Below, one piece after another: positions 52,075 to 64,000 of a DNA stretch of 64,000 nucleotides. Each line of letters begins with the position of its first letter. Positions within the stretch are counted from its first letter, which is position 1. The notes below the pieces were generated by a model. The model was not told the origin of the DNA. It ran no database searches and was given only the letters and a program-made list of their open reading frames with translations. The DNA is taken from positions 57,598,001 to 57,662,000 of the forward strand of contig NC_042998.1 of the NCBI RefSeq assembly GCF_006345805.1, written 5' to 3'. Position numbers and translations under genes: made by a program. Origin of the DNA: Octopus sinensis (lineage: Eukaryota).

Positions 52075-52600
52075 AGAGAAAAGACAACACAGGAAAGATA
52101 AGTTTAAACAAATGCTCTATTAGTTTAACGCTTAAAAGGGTAAGTAAAGAGTCTTAACGTTTCAGGTGCTACTCCTTCATCGCAAGAAAAAATATATGCA
52201 AGAAAAGTAGTGGGCAGGAGGAAAAACAGTTGGGGAAAGAAGCAAAAACAAAAATTTAAAATGCACGTTAAGGATTATGGTGTAGGTGGGTATATTGTTC
52301 TATACGGGAGTTATGAAGAAATTAAAGAACAAACATGTTGTAATTGAATTATACAAGAAAGAGACAGAATATAGGTCACGTTTAGAATATATATTTATTA
52401 TGGTAGTTGTAAGAATCAACGGGTTACAGCGACAGAAATATCAAAGATCGGAAGAAACTCATAAGTTATTTATCAGTGTGGATAGATTGTGTATGAGGCG
52501 GATATATGATGACTTCGTATAGTTTGTTAAATATTATTTAAAAAAATGTTTAGCATTGGTTTTGGGGTCGGGTTGTGCGATTTAGTTTTTTTTAGTGTAA
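52075..52600 (-). mobile_element. Diverged copy of the 31490/32285 PLE-type terminus with hammerhead-like motif (52150-52190)
   Basis: TTCTT-GCGATGA-AGG agtagca CCT-GAAA-CGTT-AAGAC, followed by gactctt...gcgttaaactaata as in the 31.5-kb copies. Confidence 0.5.
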
Positions 52601-52729
52601 TTCTTTATGAGTATGATTGCATGTAAGTTTAGGAGTAGCGGAGGTATGAAGAATAATGGACAAGTATGGGGATTGTTTATTTGTGCCCATATACTTGTAT
52701 AACAGAGTATCTACGAGTACTCGGCGAAC

Positions 52730-52835
<106 letters not shown>

Positions 52836-52962
52836 GCTTCCGTATACGCATGCATACATATACGTATGCATTTATATTCATATATGTATTTATCTATCTA
52901 AGTTTCAATCTATTTCTCTATTTATCACTTTATCTATATACATATATATGTATATGCGTGTG

Positions 52963-53034
<72 letters not shown>

Positions 53035-53674
53035 TACATAGATATATATCCAATTATATTACACTATAGTCTATAGTCATTCACATCTATATGCATGCAC
53101 GAATGCATACATGACTATGTATGTATGTATGTGTAAAATCAACTATATTTGGAATATCAATATAAGAGCGCAATGAAATTAAAAATTTACGCAGAACATA
53201 CCAACATAAAGCTTAGAAACACACACACACACACACACACAACACACACACACACACACTCACACTCGCGCGCGCATACACAATTACCAATTTAATCTCA
53301 TGTGTAATAAGACCAAACATTATTTAAAGAATGTTACAGTTGTGTAACAGATGGTGGTGCACCTGATTAGCTTTGAAATATAATAAGCTTGAGTTTTAAG
53401 TAACATTAAGTAGCTTTGAAGCGAAATCCTTTTTAATTTGGTAGGAACAGATTGAAATTCGAAAGATGAAAGAAATTTCTGTTGCTTTTTCTTTACAGTA
53501 TATACCTAACAAAATGAATCTTAGAGTAGGAAAGGAAATGAAAATACAACAGTGCGAAAAATTATTACTTCAACTATATATGTGTGTATGTGTGTGTGCG
53601 TGTGTGTGTGTGTGCGCGTGTATCTGTATATATATATATATATAATAATGATAATTATAATAATAACAATAATA

Positions 53675-53746
<72 letters not shown>

Positions 53747-53849
53747 TTTCAGAAAAATATAATGTAATTGAAAATGTGGTTATATTCGTAAGGTATCACA
53801 TGGCTTCTTTTCATTAAGAAAACCGTTCAATTAAGGTAGGATATTTAAT

Positions 53850-54130
53850 CAACGGCGATTGATATTGTCTGTTTATTGATCAACATGAGTGTCCCTTTTT
53901 TATAATATTTCGACAAAAGTAATTAAAAAGCTTAAAAAACATAGAGACTTGCTTACTGAAATCGGAAAAAATATGGCATCTCAATCTCAATCAATATCAG
54001 TGATTGTAGGAGCACTGGAACTGAAGATTATTTGAGAATTATCACTGGCTTTCCCTGCTTGCAAGAAGCTCAAAAGATTGTTTTAATAAGTTATTCACAC
54101 GGAGTGTGAAGAATATTGCCGCTGTGAGAA
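53850..54130 (+). mobile_element. R4/Dong-type 3' remnant
   Basis: Homologous to 4060-4340 and, inverted, to 55270-55430. Confidence 0.75.
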
Positions 54131-55269
54131 TGATAAAGAATATAAATAATTTTTTCTACATAACTACATTTGATTTTGTAAGTGAACAACAACAATAATT
54201 ATTATAGTTATAGTAATATTAATACGACTAATATAAACATGCATTAATAAGATAACACTTACTTAACTATTCCTGTTTATGTAGATGGCATCATTAGTAA
54301 ATAATTTTGATACAATGGGTTATATGCAAAATGTGAATTTGATCCTTACAAAATCTTTAAAATTAGTCCAAAATCTATAGGGACGAGAACGTATGATCGG
54401 TTCCGAGAGTGAAGAAATATAAAGGCAATATCATTACTAGTGGAATTTGAACTCAGAACGAAAGAAACATAATTACTACGAAGGATTCAACTGCTTGGTG
54501 ATGTACTAATTATAGATTTTTATAATTTTCTGTTTCTTACAAACGAAAAACTCTTTTATTAGGTTGGTACTCCTTCCATCGTTCCTAGGAGTCTGCAATG
54601 AAAAAAAAGTCACATCCTCTTCAGATCTAAAGTGAGAATACGAATAGGTTGCATCCAATTACTGCAATCTGTCTAACCCGGCCCTCTACCTTATCGGTAC
54701 TCAATCGCCCTGATGTGACACTAATGATCGACATCGAAATGGCTATGAATTGACAGAAATTGCAAAGAAAGATTTATTTCCCCCAAATTAAATTCTCACA
54801 AAAGTACACGTCGACCGATACTAATGATTGCTGATAATTGATCTGAAGTGATTGAAGAAATTAAAAACAAAATGATAATAATAAAATAAATGAAGTATGT
54901 TATTGAACTTAAGTGTGATCAAGGACAATGATAATTGTGATACTTTAAAACGGAAGAAGACAGAAAGCTTCCGCGATAATTAGAAAGGTTTACTCGATGA
55001 TTTATATACATATTATACAAAGAAGACAAATTAGAACATAGACTCGACTTTAAGTCAGAATATAGAACAACGAAATTATAAACCATGTAATAAATTAATA
55101 CGCCTGGATCTTACTGTCATCCAATACTAGAAGTCATAGAGCTGGTTCTCCGGTTTCCATGGCATACAAGTAAGCTAAGTCACAAAAATTCTTCTTAAAA
55201 GAGACACCGTTTCATCGAAGAGCTGCTATTCTGTAGCTCACTAACTGCTGAGAGGATTGGAGTGACGTG

Positions 55270-58200
55270 AAATATGGCATTGAGATGCCATATTTTTTCC
55301 GATTTCAATGAGCAAATCTGTTTTTTCAGGTTTTTTTTAATACTTTTGTCGAAATAATATGATAACAGGGACACTCATGTTGACCAATAAACAGACATTA
55401 GTATTTTTGTCTTATACAACAATACTCAGTTTATTAGCATTGATGGTTCTGCCTGTATGTACTGGAAAATCCCAAAGAATCATTACATTTTCTCCTTCAG
55501 TTACAGCCTTAGGGTGGTATTGATATTTGTCAACAGTTTTGATTTTTTTATGTAGACATATTAACTAGTGTAAATATTGGTCAACTCCGCCATGTCTTAA
55601 TTAACCGATGCTCCAGAGATTAAGAGGTTCACTTTTGAATCTCTGCATTGCAGTGAGCAGCTAAGACAATGCCTTCACTCTCTACCTTTAGCCCCGAGCT
55701 TCGTAATGACTAATAGGTGTGCTTTTGGTCAACATTAACTTGTTTGCTGCGGGCCACATATTTGCATTGCAAAGGTTTCTGTTTCCACCTACCAACCAAA
55801 TGTTCCAGCGGTGTTTCTTTGCCATTAATTTTATTTTCGTTATAACAACATTTCCCCCAGTTTCCTCAGGTTATTCAGCCTGGGAATCATTCAGGAATAA
55901 TAGCAAAGTTTTTACTTTCGTTCGAGATAGAATGAAGCTTCTTACGCATCATGTGATCTTCAGCGAGCATCCCCTCGTTGATTATTTCAAGATATTTGGC
56001 GAGTCCTGTGGTGGTAATTTTATAAGAATGTTCAACCTGGATGAAGCCTTGACTTCCTTGAGTTCTGGGATATAAAGACGAGCCACAAATGCCTTTGGGT
56101 GATACAACTTATAACAAGTCAGCGGCTTACGAATTTGTCTGTGAATTTTCTTTATTTCAATGATGTTCCAGTTGATCAGAGTGAAGCTATAAGTAACAAC
56201 TAGAACTGCTAAAGAATTTATGGCTAACACATTATGTGCAGTTAGCTTACATTTCAGAACTGCTAGTACTATTTTATAACATTCCTTCTTGATCTAATCT
56301 TTCATTCTTGCATTCTGAATGCCAGAGCCTGCATTTATTCTAATGTATTTATAGGTTTGTACCTACTTAAGTAATTTTATAACTGTTTCCACATCTAACA
56401 CGACTGAATTTGTGGTCTTCAATTTCCCTGTTTCCTGTCTTGAAAGTGGCCTTGGCATACTTGTCAAGACCAAATACCATCCCGATATCATCACTGAAAG
56501 CTTTCATAGCACGCAATAAACCTTTAGACTCACTATTGTCTTTACCATTGAGTTTTAGGCCATCCATATAAAATAGATGGCATATTATTTTGTCACTTTT
56601 ATGACCTACCTTGTTCTGTTTAAGTTTCGTTGTAAGGGTTTATGTAAAAAATTAGGGATGAGAGTGAATCACCTTGGAAATTGCCGCAGTTAATGTTAAT
56701 ATTATTTGAAGCTAGCACTCCATTGGAATGATATAATGGGAGATTCGCGTTCCACAATGACAGATAATACTCTAGAACGTTTGAAATTACAGGAGAAATT
56801 GTAAAGATGTCCAACAATTTCGGGATTTTGATGCGATAAACGGTCAAAAGATTTTTTAGTAATCAATCTAGGAGAAAATGAGATTTCTACGCTTATTATG
56901 ACAGTTTTGAAATATCATGTGATTAATTAAGAGTTGATCCTAGCATGTATATGAGCCTCGTTCGTACCCTATAAGTCCACTGGGTAAACTATTGTACACT
57001 TCCACAAACATGTTTTCACCATGGGAAAAGATTTTAAAGTTTTATAAATGTTAGATAATAGGTTATGGGCCGATAATTGTTTTGAACCATGGTTTCATTA
57101 TTATTTGTGAGTAGTTAAGTAATATCGCTTGCTAAGCATGTCAAGTGTTTCCTCAAGATCTTGCATATGGATTAATCTTTCGTGTGAGCAGGAGAGCAAC
57201 GAGAGTTAGAAATTTGGCACTTTATCTTTACCGGGGGACTTCCACTTATGAACCTTCATGAGCGTCATCCTTCGGTATGCTATTCAGATGTTTTTCTATA
57301 CTTGTTCCTGTAAATATGATAGGATCCTTCTGTGTGTCTAATCCGATCAGAAGTTTCGTTGTTTGTATACTCAACACACCAAATCTTTTTTCCAAAAGCT
57401 TTCAGCTTCTTCCACGGGAGTGGGGTCTTTAGTGGTCATTTACGCCATCCCTATTTCTTTATAAAATGTTTTGGCATTGGATATGAACAGCTTATTTTCT
57501 TTGTAAAAAAGTGTTTCTTTTTTGAAATCTCCGTATTCTTTGAGCTTTTTTCTTGGATCATTTGTTTCGGTGTTTCTCTTGATGAAAAGTCATCTTTCTT
57601 CGTTTTCTGGAAATTACATCGTTTGCACAGATTTGCTCTCCTCATTAATTCAATTTCTTTTTCAGTTCTACTTTTGCAGTTTATATCTCTTCTGAGATTG
57701 GTTTTCTTTGTTTTTTCGAAGGTAAATAACTTGTTTCAATTGCCTCAGCAGACGTTTAAATAATTTCGTTTAGGTCTTAGTTCGTGTTTGATTTCTTTTG
57801 TTACATCGTTGCCTATTTTGAGTTTTGTTTTTGCTTTTTGATTTGTGGTTTAGAGTTTATGAAGTGGTTTTCTATTATTAGTATCTCTATATCTTACAAC
57901 TGCAAGCTCGTTCAGAATTTTCTGCTACATTTCCTTCATAGACTCTCTGTGCTCTTTAGAGTATGTGGTCTTCAAATACTCTTTCATTACCACTTTCTTT
58001 GCTATCATTATCAGGTCCAATAGAATTTGTTATTTCTTCAGGCCTTTACGTAATTTGTTCGGATGACAGTCTTTTAATTACGACTAATGGATAGCTATTC
58101 TCTTTATCTGATTCTTCATTTAATTTTTGGCTTCTATTTAGGTAATTTTCTACTGCGTGCAGCTACTGAAAAAGTATCTTTGAGTCTATTATTTCTGATG

Positions 58201-58580
58201 ATATCCCTCCTAATATTTTCTAATAATTTTTCATCCAAATGTTGTCTGCTATTTGGATTTCGTGTTCTCTGTATTTTGTAAAAGTTTGAGGTATGTCTCT
58301 CTCTTAACAACTGACCAAATACATACTAATAGGCGTTTATTACTTCTTTATAGTCTTCCCGTGTCTATTTGATCCAGTAACATATTTCTTTTTGTGGTGG
58401 ACTTGGAGGACTAGAGTTGGGCAGTCCCATTCAAGGCACCATCCAGGTTCGTATCTGGAGACGTTTGTGCAACCGGATGATGTTCCCCTATGAAGGTCAC
58501 ACTTCCAGATTAACCAGAGGACAAGCGATTTGGTGTACCATTTTAATTTTCCGTTTTGTTTCATAAAACATTTCTGAGCT
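55270..58580 (-). mobile_element. Long degenerate R4/Dong-type retrotransposon
   Basis: NFQGDSLSSLIF (RT motif B'), YMDGLKL (YMDD), FGLDKYAK and LKVESEG; the 3' part matches the nuclease region of 3853-4513; degenerate (ATT)n at the 5' flank. Confidence 0.88.
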
Positions 58581-59764
58581 ATATTAATATTATCCTCACG
58601 GAGCCCTGTGTGGTTAATAAAGAAACGACTATTATTATCTCTGCCATTATTAACACCATTATCGTTATCATCCTTATCATTACCGTTACCAATACTATTA
58701 GTATACTATTATAGTAGTTGTGGCCACTGCTGATCACCATTATTGCTATAGTTTTTGTTCTTGTGGCTTGCTTCGATAGCCATGATAACAGTGTAGTTGA
58801 TATCATCGTTCTTATTGTTGTTACGTCATGAGTTGTTATTGGTGATTGGCAAAGTTAAGCTTGCTGTCTGTGTTCCTACCACTATGTAGTATTATTAGAT
58901 GTTACTAACTACAATTATTATTCTGCGTTTGAGATGGTCACAAATACATGAGAGATAAGGAGATAGCAGGGGGAATAGCAGGCATAGAGTAAGCTACCGT
59001 TTGTCTATAAATATATTCAGCAGATGTTGACATGGAACCGACAAAGGAATGGTCGCATCCGTGTGGTCAGCAAAGGTCAAAATATGTGATAACTATATTG
59101 ATTAATGAGAGTGACAGTAGATTTTCAAGAGAACCTATTGACTTTATTCTGCTTCAATTACCGATTAAATAACATGTAATTACACCATTGATACCTTTTA
59201 TTTTACAAAATTAAATGAAGTTTTGTTGGGCTTTACAGTCTTCGTACTTCTGCATTTTATAAGTTTGTCAGTCGCTTATCTTTTACATTTGTTATTAGTT
59301 CTGGAAAGTTTAGTGAGTGTTAGAGGGGCTTCAATTTTTCCTGGATGTGGAAGAAGAACGTTTGCGTAAGAATTTATGTATTCATACAGAGTCGCTTAAT
59401 TTGAAGTTACTTAAGTTAGAAAACCGGAAGCCTTTAAGCTTGTTCTTCGATAAAGGAGATGTTTGTATATTTGAATAATCAGAGAGCAAAATGTTAATAC
59501 TCTCAGAAAATTGTAGATATTCAAGTTTTTAAAATTATATGAAAGAAGATAGTTTGAGTGATCGCACAGAGAAGATTGTAGATATTGGAATTTTTAAAGT
59601 TATTTTGAAAGAGGATTTTAGTTGTACAGCCGAGTTGCATTTGTATTTCTGCATCTTCAGCGGCTGAGTGGTTAAAGCTGCGAAGAACAAGTCTAGCTAC
59701 TATCAAGGCTGGCTGCTAGCACGCCGGGCGAAATGCCGCTAAGCAAGATGGAGGATTGGATATG

Positions 59765-60140
59765 CTGTGGCTAATGATGCGCAGACATGCGCTGAAGCGA
59801 CGACATCTCCAGCACTTCCTTGACAGCGTCGTCGTCACCGTTTGTCAAACTGATTTTACCGTAGCTCGTCTCTTTGCTGAGTTGCAGTCTTGGATCAAGT
59901 ATAGACAGAGGCAAGGCGTCTGACAGCTGGTGTGTCATCAAGCGCTTACAGTCATTTGTCAATCGGGCAATGCGGTCGGTGGAAGTGCCATGGGAAATTA
60001 GTCGCAAGTAAGTCCGATGACGTTCATGGGGAGACATTGCGCATTGACAAGATTCAGCAAGCTGATCTTCTCCGGAGGCCTTTCTGGCTGGGGCCCATGG
60101 ATAATTTCCAGGATTCCTTGACCTGACAATGCCACCGGTG
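59765..60140 (+). mobile_element. Possible RTE-type LINE 3' remnant
   Basis: Weak resemblance (ARRLTAGV...GRWKCHGK...TLRID) to the RTE C-terminus; GC-balanced island. Confidence 0.3.
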
Positions 60141-60253
60141 TGTGGGGGCTTTGTCAGTTCGAGATAAAATCTACAGGCAGGGAAGTGCAGTCAGCCGAAC
60201 TTACCCGAGATGTGCATAGAACGACGAAACTGTTTTGCAACTGTGTAGTTCTA

Positions 60254-60680
60254 GGCGCTGGCATAACTGCGTGGCTAACAAACTCGCTTTGCAACCATGT
60301 GGTTTCACGTTCAGTCCCAATGCGTGACACTTCAGTATACTCTACTATAGCTTCGGCCCAACCAATGTCTTGTGAGTGAATTTAGTTGACGGAAATTGTT
60401 TGAGAGCCTGTCATATATAAATGTGTGTGTGAATGTGTGTGTGAATGTGTGTGCCATTGTGTTTATGCTTACCCGTCCCCACCATCTAACAACCGATGTT
60501 GATTTGTTTAGGTACCAGTTATTTAATGATTTGGCAACAGAAACTGATAAAACAAATACCAGATTAAAAAAAATAAATACCTGGGGTGGGAGGGGGTGAT
60601 TTGTTCGATTAAAACCCTTCAAGGTTGTGCCCCAGCGTGACCGCAGTTCAATGACTGCAACAAGTGAAAAGTGAAAGATA
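60254..60680 (+). mobile_element. SINE family 1, diverged full-length copy
   Basis: Homology to 7678-8096. Confidence 0.85.
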
Positions 60681-61910
60681 ACTGCACAAACGTTACATGA
60701 AAAAAATAGAATTGTTTTAGCGAATACGTAATACGGAGGTGCTAGCAGCAGCTTGAACGTTAATAGCATATTAGCAAATATTGAATACACAGAGTATTAA
60801 GAGGCTATCGCCAACCGGTTTCGTTGTTCCCAGTCTTCCTTCTAATCAACGCAACATGAAACCTTTTAGTTTGTATATTTAGAATGTAGTATAAAATGTT
60901 AAAAGAAACTTATTTAGCCATAGGTTTATTTTCTTCGCGAGTTTCTTCAGAAAAGCAATGTTGACCTAGAAGCAGTTGTAATTGAGCAGTGCCACAATTC
61001 CTAAAATAAGATCATTCAACAGAGTAAGGAGTGTATTATTATTTTAATTAGGAAAATTTTTGCGGAGAAAAAAAAATTAGAGTGAATGGGAACTGAAAGA
61101 TTAACGAAGCGACGAACAAAGTTTACTGAGGCATATTGTTTTGATTAGTGTCTTATTGCTTGTATTCCAATATTATCATATAACCTCCAGTGGTGAACTC
61201 AAGTTAATAAATGCTAGTCCTTGACCGCTACCTATTTTATCCATACCGAAAGAAGTGGGGGTGAAGCCGACATCGGTTTCGTTAAGTAGCTGAATAATAA
61301 TAATCAAAGGTATTCAGTCTAGCATTCAACCATTACTGCTAATCCAATATTTTCACGGCACACGTCACAATGGGGCTGATGGAAGAAAGCAAATCATAAA
61401 GTTTCCAACAACTCTCTTGTATTTCGTTACAGACATTTATATTTTGGGCACATCTTCTGTGCGTAAGAATTCTACTCCGAAATTACGTGGTTTCGGTTTC
61501 AATCCCAATTCTACACGAGTTTAATAGACGAAAACTGTCGGTGGAAAATTTACTTTTTCTTGTAGAGTATATGTTTATTATACTTTTACAAGAAAGGTGA
61601 TAATGACGTCGACGTTTCAACAAAGGTTAGTAGGTCGAAAGTTCGAAGTCAATATCACCCCTCTTCTTGTAACACTATAATAATGATAATAGCAAAATAG
61701 AAGAGTGCCATTCTTATAAAGAGAAAAATATTTTCTATATATATTTCCTATATATATTAACACAAATGAAGTAGAATGACAAGTTTATTTTTTAAACCTG
61801 TGGAAGACGCACGAGATGTCGAAATATCGTTCACTTGATAACAATGACACTCTTCTATTTTTGCTTCTACATCTTCTGGAGGAGTTGCTTCAGTCCTCTT
61901 TATATTAACC

Positions 61911-62031
<121 letters not shown>

Positions 62032-62313
62032 CACCTCTGGAAACATGGGTGTTTCGTTCAACATCCTTAAACAACCCTTATTCAGGGACCTTTTGAGCGG
62101 GATGGGCTACTCGACCAGAAGAAAATTCTAACTGGGCCCCACCTGCAAGGTCATGTGCTGTTTATCTTGATATGGGATCACCATGTCACACACATATCGT
62201 TGTGATGCATGTGCCTAGTGTACCCTTATCAGACGGGTAGTCATGATGGGCATACTGGGCTTCGTATATTTTACCCCAGTGTCACTTTGATGGCATGCAC
62301 TGCTCTCTCACTC
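62032..62313 (+). mobile_element. Unclassified retroposon 3' end with (AAT)n tail
   Basis: GC-balanced segment bounded by (ATT)n on the left and (AAT)n on the right. Confidence 0.5.
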
Positions 62314-62427
<114 letters not shown>

Positions 62428-62449
62428 CATTATTGTTATTTCAATTTTT

Positions 62450-62611
62450 TTCACAAGAGCAGCTTGTTCAACTGGTACCTATTTCATCGTCCCCGAAAGG
62501 CTGAAAGGCAAAGTCGACCTCAGCGTAATTTCAACTCTGAACGTTGTGGCAGACGAACTACTACTATTTCGCCCGGCATGCTAACGATTCTGCTTGCTTG
62601 CTCGCTACCTT
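62450..62611 (-). mobile_element. SINE family 2
   Basis: Homology to 42985-43195. Confidence 0.85.
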
Positions 62612-64000
62612 AATAATAATAAAAATATGTACATAAATGTACATATAAATATATTCATACGCACACACACACACACAATCACACACACACACTCACACGC
62701 ACGCACACATACATATAAAAATAGAAATGTCGATTTTCAATTTGGTCATAATTAGTCTGAGGTCATGAAGATGCGTACACTAAAAAATGTTGGTCTTGTG
62801 TCAAGAGTTAGACATATAAGGATGAATAGAATTGACAGGAATATCAATGCAGCGAATTAAATGCTATACATTATTTATTGAAAGTCCCTTTATGTTCTGG
62901 GTTCAATTTCATTGTGAATGACATCTTTTGTAGGAAAACTATTAATACTCTGAGATATTAAGCGTAATGTGATGCTTTGCCATTTCTGTTGCTGCCTTCT
63001 AATGGGAATAAGTTAAACCAGTTTTTGTTAGAATACACTAAAGAGTATACCTTTTGATAACGGGTCGTCGAAGAATTTTATAAAGCTACTTGTGAGCTAG
63101 GGTTTTTCAATGGCAGATGGGCAAAAGCAACGTATATGACTCCATTTGAGAACCCCAGAGACTTGCATGATAAAATAGAACTTATGCTTAGGCCGAAGAC
63201 CTCATTTGATATTTGCAATTGTGTTGACTCCATTAATAACATCAAAATGCTAGGTACTTGTGTTAAACCAAGCAATAGATTAAGACACCCACGCATGAAT
63301 AGAATCAGTTCATTAGTAGACAAGCGTTAATTCAATTTCTGTTACCTAATTTTACCACAAAGTCTTTGGTAGACTTTATTTTAATTGTAGAAGATATTTG
63401 TCCAAGAATGCTGTCTCGTGGCATCGACCTAAAAACTATTGGATAGTTACGGAGAAGGAAGTGAACCACCCCGAGTGACGCTTTTACGCGGGGCAACACC
63501 TTTGGGCCCGTCATATAAACCTGCACAGGCTTTCAGACCCGAGTGTGTGTGTGGCAAACTCAAGAGCCGGTAGACACTTTAGCTACACCACTGCTCCAAA
63601 AGACCCATTCATGTGAAATTAGCTTCTTCAGCACGCACCCGTACTTGCTTCAGTAGCATGTCAGCAGAGAGGCTGAATTTTCTACAAGTCATGAAAAGAA
63701 AATGATTGATATTAAGCTATTGACCTGCAAGTGAATTTACGAAATGTTATTCATTGATGTCTAAGATTTCTAGAGTAACTATTGATTTTTGAAACGCATT
63801 TCGACTACAGATAAGGTTATATTAATTTTTGTGTAGATTAATTTTCAAAATCTACTGGTAAGATCCGTTAAATTACTACACATATTCTCACACGCGCAAA
63901 AAACAAACAATCAAAAGCATCCAAATAATGAATGATTTTGTTACTATACTTAAAGTAATGAAGGCAATAGCGATGGTTGAAGCATAAGCTCTAACTAAAC

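Noticed and set aside
60805-60845. GAAACCGGTT palindrome on the minus strand as a hammerhead
   Set aside because: No CUGANGA-like core or stem II upstream.
63040-63540. GC-balanced stretch with short ORFs
   Set aside because: No recognisable motif in any frame; left unannotated.

Overview
AT-rich, microsatellite-saturated animal genomic DNA. The tRNA-headed SINE types and repeat landscape resemble an octopod cephalopod (inference, not tested). I found no host protein-coding gene; nearly all ORF-track entries are microsatellite translations or retroelement/transposon debris. Identifiable content: (TAA)n-targeting R4/Dong-type non-LTR retrotransposon fragments, including a five-copy head-to-tail nest at 23.0-29.6 kb; CR1- and RTE-type LINE remnants; three SINE families; mariner, Tc1 and piggyBac relics; and a young Penelope-like insertion (GIY-YIG frame, perfect 365-bp inverted repeats). 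The most notable signal is RNA structure. Several unrelated repeats, mostly sitting in or beside (TA)n tracts, carry hammerhead-ribozyme folds: (i) a tandem pair of type I hammerheads 366 nt apart inside a split SINE at 47.0-47.7 kb, the architecture of a circRNA-producing retrozyme; (ii) two canonical-core hammerheads in the Penelope-like inverted repeats; (iii) minimal or variant hammerheads at 31.6, 32.4, 49.4 and 52.2 kb; (iv) a structured element at 31.2 kb with all hammerhead strands in a non-standard order. All folds were derived by eye and none has been tested for activity. Boundaries of degenerate repeats are approximate.
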